From the NCBI RefSeq assembly GCF_009914755.1, contig NC_060941.1: a DNA stretch of 64,000 nt, one strand, 5' to 3'. Each line of letters opens with the position of its first letter. Position 1 is the stretch's first letter. The position numbers were made by a program, and so were the translations under genes. Under the pieces are notes generated by a model. That model ran no database searches. It was not told the origin of the DNA and was given only the letters and a program-made list of their open reading frames with translations. Origin of the DNA: the human T2T-CHM13v2.0 reference genome, Homo sapiens. This document shows positions 48,245-62,773 of this stretch, one piece after another.

Positions 48245-48623
48245 CCCAGGAGCTTGTTATTATCATTGTCACTTTAATTATTTGATGAATTATTTATTCA
48301 GTGCCTACTACTGTGTTAGATGCCCTCTGGAACCGTATAGTGATCATTTATTATGTTAAATATGTGCCAGACACTTTATGTGGTGAGGAATGAAAGCTGT
48401 AAAAAAGTGGGTAAGATTTAAGGTAAGCATGAAGAGTGAGTAGAACTTTTCTAGGTAAAGAGGCAGAAGGATGATGTGGGCAGAAGATTGTGTGTGTGGC
48501 AGAAGGAGCAGCGAGTGCAAAAGTAAGATGCTTGAGTGAACTTTGCAGGGTTTATGAGCAGTTCAGTTTTGCCAGTGCAAAACATATGAGATGTGAATGG
48601 TTGGGAATGAAGTGAATACCTAA

Positions 48624-48931
<308 letters not shown>

Positions 48932-48967
48932 AGACTTTTTAATACTATAGAAATGAGTAGATCTCGG

Positions 48968-49289
<322 letters not shown>

Positions 49290-49834
49290 TGAGTAGAACT
49301 TTTCCTGTAGGCCATGGGAAATTTACCAGGTGGAATGCTTTGGGCTGTAAATACTAGATGACCTAACTAACAGTGGCTAAAACAGTAGGGACCAGAGTTG
49401 TTTTGATGGTTCAGTGATAACACGGTGTTTTGTTCATGTCTGTTTTCATGGCTGACTAATTAGCAACAGCTCCAAACATCGTGGTCTCACCGACAATATC
49501 TTTACATGTTTCTTTTAGTTAGGGAGAAGACTCAGAAGGGTGCAGTTGACTTCCTGTAACATTTTATTGGCTGGGTCCTACCACATGCTCATTCCTAAAC
49601 CAGGCACTGGGGAAGCAAATGTAATTACTATGATGAGCTTAGAATAATCATTTCTTCTTTTGGAGTGGGGAGGGCTATTGGCATGATAAATATCCAAATA
49701 GATGCGTGTTTCTCTATTGAGAAACAGGGAATCGCTATTGGGTAGGGAGACAGCAATGTTTACTGTAGGGACTCATTGGAGTGGGGAGTCACATGATTAG
49801 ATTTGAGTATTAGGGCAATCTGGTTATGGTATAA

Positions 49835-50030
49835 AACAGGGATTGGCAAGCATTTTCTGTACAGGGCTTTTTCATGTGGTCTGTCATTCCTACTCAACCC
49901 TACCATTGAAGTATGAAAACAGTCATAAAAAGGCAAGCAAATATACATGACTGAGCTCCGGTAAAACTTTATTTACAAAACTATAAGGCAGACTGGATTT
50001 GCTCCATGGCCTGTAGTTTGCTGACCCCTC
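49835..50030. mobile_element. MER58-type hAT element
   Basis: cagggattggcaagc ... aaaactttatttacaaaa ... gtagtttgctgacccct. Confidence 0.7.
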
Positions 50031-51959
50031 ATATGGAGAGCAGCTGGAAGATAACCACATAAAGAGACAGGGAAACAAAAGAAACATTTGCATTTATCAG
50101 AGCTATAGTTTCCTTGTGCTGTCCTCAGACTAGTGTCAGTCTGTTGTGAGGTTCTCACCCATCCATGGTGAAATCAGTAAGGTTAAGGAGCTCAGTTATT
50201 CATTTAAAAATGTCGGTCTTTTTCTTGGCATGATGCCTTTTTCATTTATTTTACTTAAACTTTTTTTTCATTTAAGAAATAACATTAATAGTTGTTTTTT
50301 CCCTATAAAAGCCAGTACTTAAGAGCCCATGTTTAACTAGGAAATATAAACATAAAATAAACGTGTCACAGTGGAAATATAAAGCAGATGCAGAAAAGAG
50401 GTACAGTTAATATGATTTAGTGATTGTTGAATGTAAAAAGATAGGGGATAGGGAGAAATCTCAGATGATTCTCAGGTTTCTGGCTTGTGCCCTAACATTT
50501 AACCTGGACACGAGGGAGTAGGCAGTTTTCAGGTGTATAGAGGAGAGCAGCAGGTCAGCAGTCACGACTAACAGTTTTCTCTGCATTGCTGAGTTTACTG
50601 AAATGTCCATGTGGGATATTTTCAGTAGGTAATTGGAAAAATTTTTATGGCTGGAGATGGAACTCTGAGGTTGGAGTTGCAGACTTGGAATAACTGAGGC
50701 AAAGTTGTAGATCTGAGTGAGCTTGTCCATGATGGGAAAGGTATAGAATGAGCAGAGGGCCAGTGACAGAACCCTGGGAATATCAGCATTTCCCAGAGGA
50801 ATTAGGAAAGAAGCCTGAGCCGCGGCTAAAGAAAAAGAGGAGAGGAATCATAAAGTGATGTTGCAAAAATTTACAAAGGTGAGAATTTCAAGGAGGGAGT
50901 ATCAATTCTAACCAGTAAGATTACTAAAAAGTAAAGTGAGTTAACCTTTTAAAAGCCTTCAGTGGCACTGTCTTCTAAAGAACAATCATAGAGTTGTGGG
51001 GTTCGCTGTTTATGTGATCAGTACTTCTGATGTTCAAATGGGGAAGAATACACCTACCAAGATCCTACCTAACTTTTGTAACTGCAGCAGCTCCCTGTAC
51101 AGGATCAGGGAAAATGGTCAAGACTGGTGAGTTAATGTACCACCATTTTCCTAGAATTGTCTAAACCTAAGGTCATATGTGAGGAAAAGTGTAGTCTTTC
51201 TTACCTGCTTTTTTGTGGAAATGCTTGTTTGGTACTCAAGTCCTTGATAGGCTCTTCTGAATTCCCAAACAAACATCTAACAGCAACAACTGGAAGCCAC
51301 CACCAGATGCACGTATATATCGTTCCTCTGACATGGAATCATAATACAGCCATGTTGTGACACAATTTCAGGTTTTGATTAGAAATAGTTTACAGGCCAG
51401 CAGTTTAGACAAACTGACATTTTAAAAATATTTTATTGCAGGAAACTAATATAATGTGCTGGAGAAAAATATAAAGTGAAATGCTGAATATAGCAGTTCT
51501 CAGTACTTGGGGTTTTGGTGACATCAGGAGAAAAGTCAGTGCCTGACTCCTTTTGTTAGTGCAGTTCCCTTTTCATTTACCCTCTTGTGATATTTCTGCT
51601 CTTACTGCTTCCTTTTGAATTCCATTCCTAAAGAAAATACTATTAGAACACATTTCAAATGCACTTCTTTATATCTGCACCACAATGACACAATGATGAT
51701 GGTCTGCCAAGATTTTAAGTGTCTTCTGGGTTGTCAAATACAAATTGTTTTATCTGACATAGTTTAAATGTGAAGTGCTTTTGTGGTATTACATTTCTTC
51801 AGAAATTGGTAATCTGTGATTTAACTAGAATATGTGGTCAATTGGATTACCACACTTTTAACCATCTATACATAAGATGTCTCTTCTCCCGGCCAGATAA
51901 GTTAAAAGTCCTGTTGATCCTTACTGATCAGTTCCACTATTTGCAGGGCTTTTTTGGAC

Positions 51960-52384
51960 TTTTGTTGTTGTTGTTGTTGAGACGGAGTCTCGCTCTTCCA
52001 CCCAGGCGGGACTGCAGTGGCGCTATCTCGGCTCACTGCAAGCTCCGCCTCCCGGGTTCACGCCATTCTCCTGCCTCAGCCTCCTGAGTAGCTGGGACTA
52101 CAGGTGCCCGCCACCGCGCCTGGCTAAATTTTTGTATTTTTAGTAGGGACGAGGTTTCACCGTGTTAGCCAGGATGGTCTCGATCTCCTGACCTCGTGAT
52201 CCACCCGCCTCGGCCTCCCAGAGTGCTGGGATTACAGGCGTGAGCCGCCGCGCCCGGCCTGGACTTTTTTTTTGAACGGGTGTGATTATAGCACACTGCA
52301 GCTTTAGTTCCTAGCCTCAAGCAATTGTTCTGCCTCAGCCTCCTGAGTAGGTGGAACAACAGATGTGTGCTACTGCACCTGGCC
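51960..52384 (-). mobile_element. AluY (51960-52259) plus adjacent older Alu monomer (52265-52384)
   Basis: CpG-rich antisense Alu with TSD tggactttt, followed by a diverged monomer. Confidence 0.9.
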
Positions 52385-52744
52385 TGCTGCACAATTATTA
52401 TAAAAATGAATTAAATCCTACCTAGTGGGAGAAAATTGACTGTGATCTTATAATTTTTTGTTCCAGAAACTTTTATACTGTAGAATATATTGTCAGTCAT
52501 TAAGATTTTCTATTTTTAATTGAGTTAAAATAGGATTGTTGCTTTTTAAAATTACTTTCTGACATTGTTTCATGCATTTTTAATGCCTTTAGTCTAGTGG
52601 ATATAGAAGTACAGGAATCTCCAAGGCAAATGTCAAAAAATAAAAAATAAGCAGATTAGGGAAAGGTATTCTGTGAAATTACCTTCTGATTGTAGTCACG
52701 TGTAACACATCAACTTAAACAATAAAAAATTGTTTAATGCAATC

Positions 52745-53325
52745 GTATCAGGGGTTCCCAAGACCCCCTTCACTGAGGTTTGGTAATTCACTGAGAAGGA
52801 CTCACAGGACTCAGCAGATAGTCATACTTGGGGCTTTGATTTATTACATTTAATACAGCAAAAAGACACAAAGCAACATTCGAGAAAGGAAAAGGTGCAT
52901 GTGTCAAAGTCTGGAGGAAGCCAGGCACAAGCTACAGGAGTCGTCATCTGTGTAGCTAGCAGGATATGCTTAATTCCCCCAGCCTCAAATTTTGACGACA
53001 CATGTGCAATGTTGTCTACCTTACCAGAGTTTCATTAGAGGCTCAGCACCCATGTTTTCGATGGAGGCTAGTCACATAGGCCACCTCTCCTCTCCCTCAC
53101 ATGTAACAAAACTCTAGACTCCCAGGAGGAAATTAATTGTTCATAGTAAACCACATTTGCACAAACACTTTAGGCACAGTGAGCCACTCCCTTCTTCTAA
53201 GTTAGGGAATGCTGGGAACCCTCCCAAATTCAAGGTACCAAACACCAGCCAAGGACTAGCCTTGCAAGCAAGCCTTTCTAAGGATGGGTGTCTCATGCCT
53301 GCTATATGAAATCTTTGCTGCCCAG
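52745..53325. mobile_element. ERVL-group LTR (MER21/MER77-like)
   Basis: ggggttccccaagacc...aggactcacaggactcagca...ccaggcacaagct motifs; subfamily uncertain. Confidence 0.65.
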
Positions 53326-53899
53326 CAGCTACGCCCCTGAGTAAATTGTTGGTGTTATCTTAAAATTTTATATAATATAATAGCAAATAATATGATAGAC
53401 CATAACATGGTACTGGTTTCAGTTGCATCATTCATATTAAATAGCAAGGCTGCTTACAGTTTTGACATTTGGTGAATACTTAACAGGTATTGGTACATAA
53501 GTTACTATGGCAATATTAAGTAATTATAATCTGTCCTTCTTATCTGATTAACCTTTCAGTAAAATTGTGGGATAAAGTAGGCATAATAAGTTCTGATTTA
53601 AAATTAGAATAAAAATTGTCTTTCATTTTATTTTCATGGATGGACCAGTTTTGATTCATATTGTACTAAATCCCTGTTTACAGTTATGAAATAAGATCAG
53701 ATATTCAATCATTTTTGTGAATTTTTTTGCCTAAGTATACGATTAAAATTAATTGCTTTATGTGTTTTTATATGCTTTAATTTGGGAGATAGTACTTATA
53801 TTCTGTTACCTTGATCTTTAGTGATTTGCAATTTTCAAGGTGACTCTGTCTTTTTATAATTTAGGGTAATAGCAAGTTCAGTGAGTATGTGCTTTAAAA

Positions 53900-54315
53900 T
53901 TAATAATATTATTTTCTGAGCAGTTTTAGATTCACAGCAAAATTGAGAAGGTACAGAGATTTTCCATATTCCCCATGACCCCTGACATATGAATAGCCTC
54001 CCTCATTATCAGTACCCCCCATCAGAGTTCATCAGAGTTACAGTTGAGGAATCTACCTTGACAGACACATCACCCCCAAGGTCCACAGTCTACGTTAGGG
54101 TTCACTCTTGGTGTTGTACATTCTATGGTGTTGGACAAATGTGTGATGGCATGTATATACCCTTGTAGTATCACAGACAAAATAGTTTCACTGCCCTAAA
54201 TATCCTCTGTCCTCCACTGTTTCGTCTCTTCCTCTCCACTGGTTTCTGGCAACCATTGGTCTTTTTGGTGTCTCAGTAGTTTTGCTTTTTCCAGACTAGT
54301 CATATAGTTGGAATA
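53900..54315 (-). mobile_element. L1M 3' end (antisense)
   Basis: gagcagttttagattcacagcaaaattgag ... gggttcactcttggtgttgtacattctatgg. Confidence 0.8.
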
Positions 54316-55305
54316 AAACAGTGGCGGATATCTTTTTGAATATTTAAACAATAAAGTTCCATGGTAATTTGATTCTGTCATTTTAGATGTTCTTTGTCCT
54401 TGCGTTTGTTTTCCTCATGTTGTGTTCATCAGAACAGGATCTGATGGCATATGATTTGACGTGCTGAGAAAGCGTGATTTCTGTAGACGTTTGCCACGTA
54501 ACGGGGAGGGTGGGGAAAAATGGCATCATGCAGTATTCCACAGCACTAACTGGACCATCGTGCTCTAGGAGATGGGTCCAGATAGAGTCTAGCGATGGGA
54601 CGGGATAATCTCAAGAGCTGGACTTTATAAAACTGGAATCACAAAGTCTTGCATACTTACCTTGCACTTAAAAAGAAGATCAGGCAGTGAACACTACAGG
54701 TGAATAAATATGTTCCTCTCTGGTTCTCTTCCTTTTAGGGATGAGCTTGAAAACAGTCTATATTATTAGAATATGGCTCATCTACAACTAAATGCTCTGT
54801 CATAGGAAATGCCAGTGTTTTTCTTTACAATAAGTGAAAAATAATTTTGTTTTCACCAGAGAGAGTAACAACTGTTGGCACATTCTGGCAGCTTGAGTGA
54901 GCTGATAGTTCTGTTCATATATATTTTTCATACCAGGTAGTACTCCCTGGCAACCTGCCACCACTGTGGCCGTGTTTCTTCTTAAGCTTCTCACTGAATG
55001 AATGGTGTGGCTCAGAGTGAATAAGCTCTTTAAGGGAGTGATCTTTCCAGTGGTTCTGTCCATAGGAGGTAAAATGGGAGGTGAATTTGAGCCTTGTTTG
55101 TGCTAGGGAAAATAGCTAGAACTCAGTAAACATTGCCAGCATCTGCCCCAGAAGAGGATTAGTGAGAGTGAGTACATTGATCTCCCTTGAGCTCTTCTCC
55201 ACTGGCAGCTGAAAAGTCTTTGCAAAGGTCCTTGTCCCTGGTCTCTTCCCTATGTTTTGCCACATAACACAGCACAGCACCCATAGACCTACACAACAAA
55301 ATGTA

Positions 55306-55388
55306 CAGTTTTTCCCCCTTATCCATGGGGGTTATGTTCCAAGACCCCCAGTGAATGCCTGGAACTGTGGATAGTACTGAACCCTAGA
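55306..55388 (+). mobile_element. MER44 terminal fragment
   Basis: ccccttatccatggggg..gttccaagacccccagtg..tgcctg, inverse match to the end of the element at about 18120-18167. Confidence 0.7.
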
Positions 55389-56238
55389 TAGGCAGTGTCA
55401 GGATAGAAGGAAGAGGATAAGAGTAAAAGGGGGAATAAAGAATGTGGAAGGCAGAGAGTACAGAGAGTAAATGAAGGGAAAAGAAGCAAGTGGATATGAT
55501 GGAGGGTGGTAAAATGAGATAATACTTCAAAAGAAGAGTGGGGTATTAGAAAGGTGGAAAGAATATAAGGTGAACGTGCAGCACCAAAACTTATCAGATA
55601 AGACAAACTTTACTTGCCAATATGTTAGTTGTGCTTTAAGTTTAATTATTTCATCATAGTGTGGCTATACTGATGATTTTAAGCCAGTCAGATATTCTGG
55701 TCAGCAAATCATGTGTGTGTGTGTTTTGATTATCAAAAACGAAGAAAGCAATAATTACCCTTAATAACTATATGGTGGACACAGTCTTTTAAAACATTGA
55801 TTCTGAAACTTTTTGGCCTGGGGTTCATTTTATATGATTAAATATTATTGCCTAGAGGTAACCAACACCCTGAATTAAGAATTTATTATGTCCATTCCCT
55901 TTTAAAACATTTTATTACATATGTGTATGGTCATAAATAATATGTAGAATTTGTTTTCATGTCCTAAAATTGTATATAAATTGTTTTACACTCTACATAT
56001 TTTGCAACTTTCTTTTGTCTGGTCACATTACATTTTTGAGGTCAGTCCTTATTGACACAGGAAGCTCTGGTTTTCTATCAAATGACTGGATCTCAAAGTC
56101 TCTTCATAATGATAAATAAATAATTAAAATAAAGAAAAATTATTGCAAATTCCAAAGAGCTTTTATTTAAGTCGGTTGTGTCTTTTGATATTTACTATTT
56201 TAGAAATAAAAACTAAAATATTTTAAAAACAAGCATGC

Positions 56239-56549
56239 GGCCGGGCGTGGTGGCTCACGCCTGTAATGCCAGCACTTTGGGAGGCCGAGGCGGGCGGATC
56301 ACGAGGTCAGGAGATCGAGACCATCCTGGCTAACACGGTGAAACCCCGTCTCTACTAAAAATACAAAAAATTAGCTGGGCATGGTGGAGGGCGCCGGTAG
56401 TCCCAGCTACTGGGGAGGCTGAGGCAGAGAATGGTGTGAACCCGGCAGGCGGAGCTTGCAGTGAGCCGAGATCGCGCCACTGCACTCCAGGCTGGGTGAC
56501 AGAGAGAGACTCCATCTGAAAAAACAAACAAACGAACAAAAAAAAACAA
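56239..56549 (+). mobile_element. AluY
   Basis: TSD aaaaacaagca(t/c)gc. Confidence 0.95.
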
Positions 56550-56887
56550 GCACGCACAGCCATACATTCCAATAGCCTTTAGAACTATGACCCATTCACC
56601 ATTAGAGCTATGATGTTATGACACACCATGTCTATGAAAAGCTCCACTGTACACGTGAAACAGAATGAGAGTGAAAATGGCAAATAACATTTTGTGTTAT
56701 TTGACGTCTTGGCCCCTCATCTGGATCTTGAACTCCAGGGATTCTCAGATCATAATTGAGAGTCAACATTTTAAACCACATATGTGGTTGTGGATAAATG
56801 CACCCTTTATGATGAAATGGACTTTAAAGTTTCACGTATGTGTTTTTGGCTTTTTTCTTTCACTTGTCTTAAAAAATTTAAATCTCA

Positions 56888-57206
<319 letters not shown>

Positions 57207-57861
57207 TTATATAGTAAAAAGGAAAATATTTTTGTTATGTATTCCTTTCCTGTCTCGTGGCACTGTGTGCTATTTGGATCTAGTGTGGTCCTAGACTAAT
57301 CCTGTTCTCACATGGGAACAGTTAGAGCCCTTACAGCTCTTATTTTGCAAATAAATGTATGAAGTTTATCCAAGTATTTGAAAGGAAATTCTGAAGATAG
57401 TGGTGCATTGAGGAAACACCATCTCATTATAATTAAAATAGTTTTAAAAGTATATTTATTATGAGTTTTTGTAAATCCTGTGTCTCTACAATACATACAT
57501 ACAATGCTGTCATGTATATTTAAGCTTAAAATGGTTAGACATAAATTATGTTTTAAAAAATTTATATCCACGAAGAATCTTAATGGAAAGCAAAATATGT
57601 AATAGAGACTGCTGAGTGAATAAAAGTAAGTAATAGTAACCAGTAAAAATGTAGAAAAGTGAGAGATGATAGTTAATTAAACTTACCTGAATGAATTGTA
57701 AGCATAGGGCATGTAAAATATAATAAGCCTGAATGCATAGTGTGTTGTGGGAGAGAGCAGGATGTGGGACTGTTTCTGTGAAGAAAGCATGTATACAAGT
57801 TAGTCAAATTATTGTGTTATTTACATCCTAAAAATGAAAACTTCATTTTCGTATTTTTCAG

Positions 57862-58110
57862 ATTGGCATCCTACTAATTTGACCCTTAGTGATGAGACTT
57901 GTCAGAGATCCAAGAATCTGAAAGTTGATGATAAATGTCCATCTGTATCACCATCAATGCCTGAAAATCAGTCAGCAACCAAAGAACTGGGACAGATGAA
58001 CTTAACAGAACGAGAAAAGATGGACACTGGAGTTGTACTTCTCTCAGGGAATGATACTCTCCATGACCTGTGCCAATCACAGCTACCAGAAAACAAAGAG
58101 AGCAAAGAAG
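57862..58110 (+). pseudogene. CCDC144-family exon (partial gene duplicate), 249 nt, open, phase 1/1
   Basis: tttttcag|AT TGG CAT...AAA GAA G|gtaaca; [27 protein letters not shown]...ENKESKE recognised as CCDC144A-like. Confidence 0.85.
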
Positions 58111-58524
58111 GTAACAAAGAAGCATAGAGAATTCAGTCCTAGAGTGCCTCTGCTTGGCTGCATAGAGCTATAGTTCTGACTTAAAAAAACTTTTTCTGGT
58201 AAAATGTGCTTTGTGTTTACTCACCTTTTGCACTGAACAGAATACCTTTTGGCAGGATATTTGTGTTCTTCCTTTAACCAAAGCAACATCTAGATAACAG
58301 AGAATTAGGGAAAGCATGATTTTCTTTAGGAAGTAGGATTATATTTAGAATATAGGGACTAAGTATGTTTAGGGACTAACATAGGATTATATTTAGGATA
58401 ATTTAGTAGAGACCTAAAGATTGCTGACTCAAACACAATGTGGTTTCTTTGCTTTATTTTTACAGCTCTGAATTCACAGCTGTTAGTTATAACTATATGC
58501 ACTATAATTTAAAAGACACCTTCC

Positions 58525-58864
<340 letters not shown>

Positions 58865-60186
58865 TTATGTATTATAGAATTGACTTTCCAAGTCAGTAAT
58901 TAATGAGACTTATTGAGAATTTGCTGCATAGTATCTCCTTGGCTGTGTCCACATGAGCTACCACCTTGCGTTAATAAATGTGTTCGCTAGGGATGTTGGT
59001 TTTGGCATTGACAGTGTTCTATCACCAATGCAAATAAGACCAGGGACCACTCTTGAGAACATTAATGTCCAAGCATCTTAAAGTTATACGTAAGGCTTTC
59101 ATAATGTGACTTCTGCTCAGCTCTCCATCTTTAGCCCTTTCCCCCGTGTGCCCCTTCTCTGGCCTTACTGAACTGCTGGTCCTGTCCTGCTGACCCATCC
59201 TTCGACTGCAGGCAAACACATACACTCTTTCAGGCCTCTTTCTGCCTTTTGTTGCTGCCTGTCATGCTCTCACTCTTTCCTGTCCCCTACCCCTTCTAAT
59301 TAGGCTAGCCTCACTCTTTAAGCCTCAGCTCGGGCAGGATCTCTAGAAAAGTCATCTCTGACATGCTTTCTTTTCACTCTTTAAATCCTAGTGCCTAGCA
59401 CATAGCAAGACTCAATACATAATTGCTGAGTAAAATAGATAATGACTCTTTGTACAAAGATGATTTTCAAGATTGTTCCCTACAGTCAAGGAGCAGAGGG
59501 AATAGACATGTAAAGCAATAATTGACAGTTCGGGTGGTGGAGATGCAGTAGAAAAATCAGTAAAGTTCTAGGGCAGCCCTAAGGAAGGAGATACCTAGAT
59601 ACCTGTTTACCTGGGGAAAGATGAGGATGAGGGTCAACTTCACCTAGCAGTCTGTTTTTTATTTTATGTATTTTATTTATTTATTTTTAGCAGTCTGTTT
59701 TAAAAGATGAAAATATTAATACATTTGTCAGAATAATACAGGGAACCATTTCAGATGTTAGGAAGAGGTTGTACACCAATAAAGGTGTCCACAGTCATTT
59801 TGGAAGTCATTAATGAGGTACTATTATGAAGTGGAGAACAGTATGCAGTATTGCCTGATAATATTGCTACTGCATTCCAAAATTTTGTTTTGTTTGTGAT
59901 GGCTTTGTTCATTGATGTTGGGTGGATGAATCTGTGAGTGAATCTTCAACATGATTGTATTTCTTTAACCTGGTGGCATCTAGTGTCTCCCAGAAAGTGG
60001 TTTGTTGAAGTTTTGGAGAATTAGAAGTATTTCTTAAAGAAGTAAGTATTCCACTAAAGATCAAGCTTCATTTAAACTCTCAATTTATGAAATAAAATGA
60101 AATGTAATTTAAAATCTATTTTTATAAAGACTATGTCTTTTATCTAACTGTTCTAAGTAGTTTAACTGAACGTTTGGATTTTGCAG

Positions 60187-60260
60187 CAGAACAAGACTTG
60201 GAGCTGACATCAGAGGAAGAGCAAGAAAGACTTAAAGGATGCGAAAATAAGCAGCCACAG
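60187..60260 (+). pseudogene. CCDC144-family exon, 74 nt, open, phase 1/0
   Basis: ttttgcag|CA GAA CAA...CCA CAG|gtgtgg; AEQDLELTSEEEQERLKGCENKQPQ, the ANKRD26/POTE/CCDC144 signature peptide. Confidence 0.88.
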
Positions 60261-61054
60261 GTGTGGAAACATTCAAACTAAAATCTAAATGTCTGGTTTA
60301 ATACTCTTTTCTTTGCTTTAATATGCTAGCCCAAATGAAATTACCTCTCAGACTAGCCTTTGAGAATCAATAGATCCTTACTTAATATTTAATTTTAAAT
60401 ACATTTAAACTAGTTATAAAACACAATATTGTTAGAATCTATCATAACTTATAGTTAATCTTTACCCTTGGAGTAGAGGCAAACATTCCAGAATTTTGTT
60501 TGCTCTTCCATTCTTACAATATCCTTACGGGATAAAGAAGGTAATGTCAATTATTGACTTATATTATTAAGCAACAGAAATTATGAACAATTTAACAGTG
60601 ATGGCCACTGAGTTGGATTCATGGTATAGGAGTAATCATGGCCAGTGGCTCAAATTTTTCAGTTTTATATTGCCAGTTACTAATGCCTAGGTTAAAGATG
60701 TGGCCTTTCATTGACTTCATGGTCTACATTCAGTGAGAATGGGGTTATGAAATCAACCCAACTGCCTATTAAGGGAATCATACCTTGCAGAATGGGATCT
60801 TTGGTGTTAGGGTACAAACAATAAATTTCTAACTTTTTAGATGCAGAAACTTAGTAAGAATTATCTTTAAAGTTTTAGTTAGTGTTATTAGGGGACCGTA
60901 GTATATATTAGAACTGAACTGAAGAAGATAGTCTAGATATATAACCCTATGATGTTACAGTATATAATTTGAATTAAAACTTAAGAATTTGCTTTTCTTT
61001 CTGATTGGTGTTGATTCGGGCTCCTAATAATTTGAAGATTGCCTACCCTCCAGT

Positions 61055-61123
61055 TAGTAATCTGTAGAACTTACATGTAGTAATATATAGTACTTACATG
61101 TAGTAATATGTAGTACTTACATG
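61055..61123. repeat. 23-bp tandem repeat x3
   Basis: tagtaatctgtagaacttacatg / tagtaatatatagtacttacatg / tagtaatatgtagtacttacatg. Confidence 0.92.
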
Positions 61124-61509
61124 TACTGTAGGGGCTCACTTTCCAAGTGAGGAGGCCTTTGTAACACTAGAAATCATCTGCTAATTCATTTTTGGTAGAT
61201 TTAACACATAATGAATTAAGTTTATTCCAAACAAACAGTGACAAAGTTAAGTTTGCTGGTTCATATTTTTCTCCTCCTTTCAGCTAAGACAATTGTTTTT
61301 AACTTCTTAGTTACAAGCCAGTGATTTGGGAGTAGCTAAACCTAGATGAAGAAGTTTAACAGTTAAATTTTCATTTTAATTATTTGTGAATTTTTCTTTG
61401 TTCATACCTGTTATTTAAGGACAAAGCTATTTTTAAAACATGTAGCCCAACAGAGAAGACACGCAAGAAACAAAACAAGCAAATTAATCTTCCACTTTTG
61501 CACCTGCAG

Positions 61510-62349
61510 AAAACGTCTCAAGAACCAGAAATGGCTAAGGATTGTGATAGAGAGGATATACCTATATATCCAGTACTTCCTCATGTGCAAAAATCTGAGG
61601 AAATGTGGATTGAACAAGGCAAATTAGAGTGGAAAAACCAATTAAAACTCGTCATAAATGAGTTAAAGCAGAGGTTTGGTGAAATTTATGAAAAATACAA
61701 AATTCCGGCTTGTCCTGAGGAAGAGCCACTACTTGATAACTCTACAAGAGGAACAGATGTGAAGGATATTCCCTTTAATTTGACAAATAACATACCTGGT
61801 TGTGAGGAAGAAGATGCATCTGAAATATCTGTCTCAGTGGTATTCGAGACATTTCCTGAACAAAAAGAACCCAGTCTCAAAAATATCATCCATCCATACT
61901 ATCATCCGTACTCTGGGTCCCAGGAACATGTTTGCCAGTCATCTTCTAAGCTTCATTTACATGAAAATAAATTAGACTGCGACAATGATAACAAACTAGG
62001 CATTGGACATATTTTTAGTACAGATAACAACTTTCATAATGATGCAAGCACTAAGAAAGCAAGGAACCCAGAAGTGGTTACGGTTGAAATGAAAGAAGAC
62101 CAAGAGTTTGATTTGCAAATGACAAAAAATATGAACCAAAATAGTGACAGTGGCAGTACAAATAACTATAAAAGCCTGAAACCTAAATTAGAAAATCTGA
62201 GTTCTTTACCACCAGATTCTGACAGAACATCAGAAGTATATCTACATGAAGAATTACAGCAAGACATGCAAAAGTTTAAGAATGAGGTCAACACATTAGA
62301 AGAAGAGTTCCTGGCTTTGAAGAAAGAAAATGTTCAACTTCATAAAGAG
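61510..62349 (+). pseudogene. CCDC144-family large exon, 840 nt, open, phase 0/0
   Basis: cacctgcag|AAA ACG TCT...CAT AAA GAG|gtaggg; [16 protein letters not shown]...[11 protein letters not shown]. Confidence 0.88.
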
Positions 62350-62773
62350 GTAGGGTTTTACTTGCTGCCACTCTTTGTTTTTTCTCTCAATTATCTGGTC
62401 CATTCTGATTTTCCACTTAGGAAAAGCATATGAAAAGCATACAGTTTGGTTGTCTAAATCTGTAATTGTGTGTAGAAACAGAGGATTTCTAAGTAATAGG
62501 AGTTTAGGAAAACTTTCTCATAATCGTTGTTTCTTAATTGACCTAAGTCTCTCTGTCAGTCTTCCAAGTGGCGTATGGATTGTGAAACTCATGTAGCCAT
62601 ATATCATGTGACCTTCAGAACCAGGAGAGGCATCAAGAAAATCGCTAAAGGAAATGTGATGAGCTTGAGGGCTTTTTCCTTTTACCGACTTAAAGATGAG
62701 TTGTGTCTAACAATAAGATGGGAATACAGTAGAAAGGAAGCAATGACTAAGTAGAGATATAAAAATGTATCTA

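Noticed and set aside
51000-51490. Exon-like signals (GTGAGT at about 51127; ttttattgcag acceptor at about 51441)
   Set aside because: No recognisable ANKRD26/CCDC144 peptide and early stops after the acceptor.
58333-58405. Short interspersed repeats (taggattatatttag, tagggactaa); considered as CRISPR-like or telomere-like arrays
   Set aside because: Only two degenerate copies of each, no spacer architecture, eukaryotic context.
62350-62433. C-terminal tail of the 311-aa ORF ([12 protein letters not shown]...)
   Set aside because: Lies past the GTAGGG donor and is intron read-through; the ORF's TTG start is also intronic.
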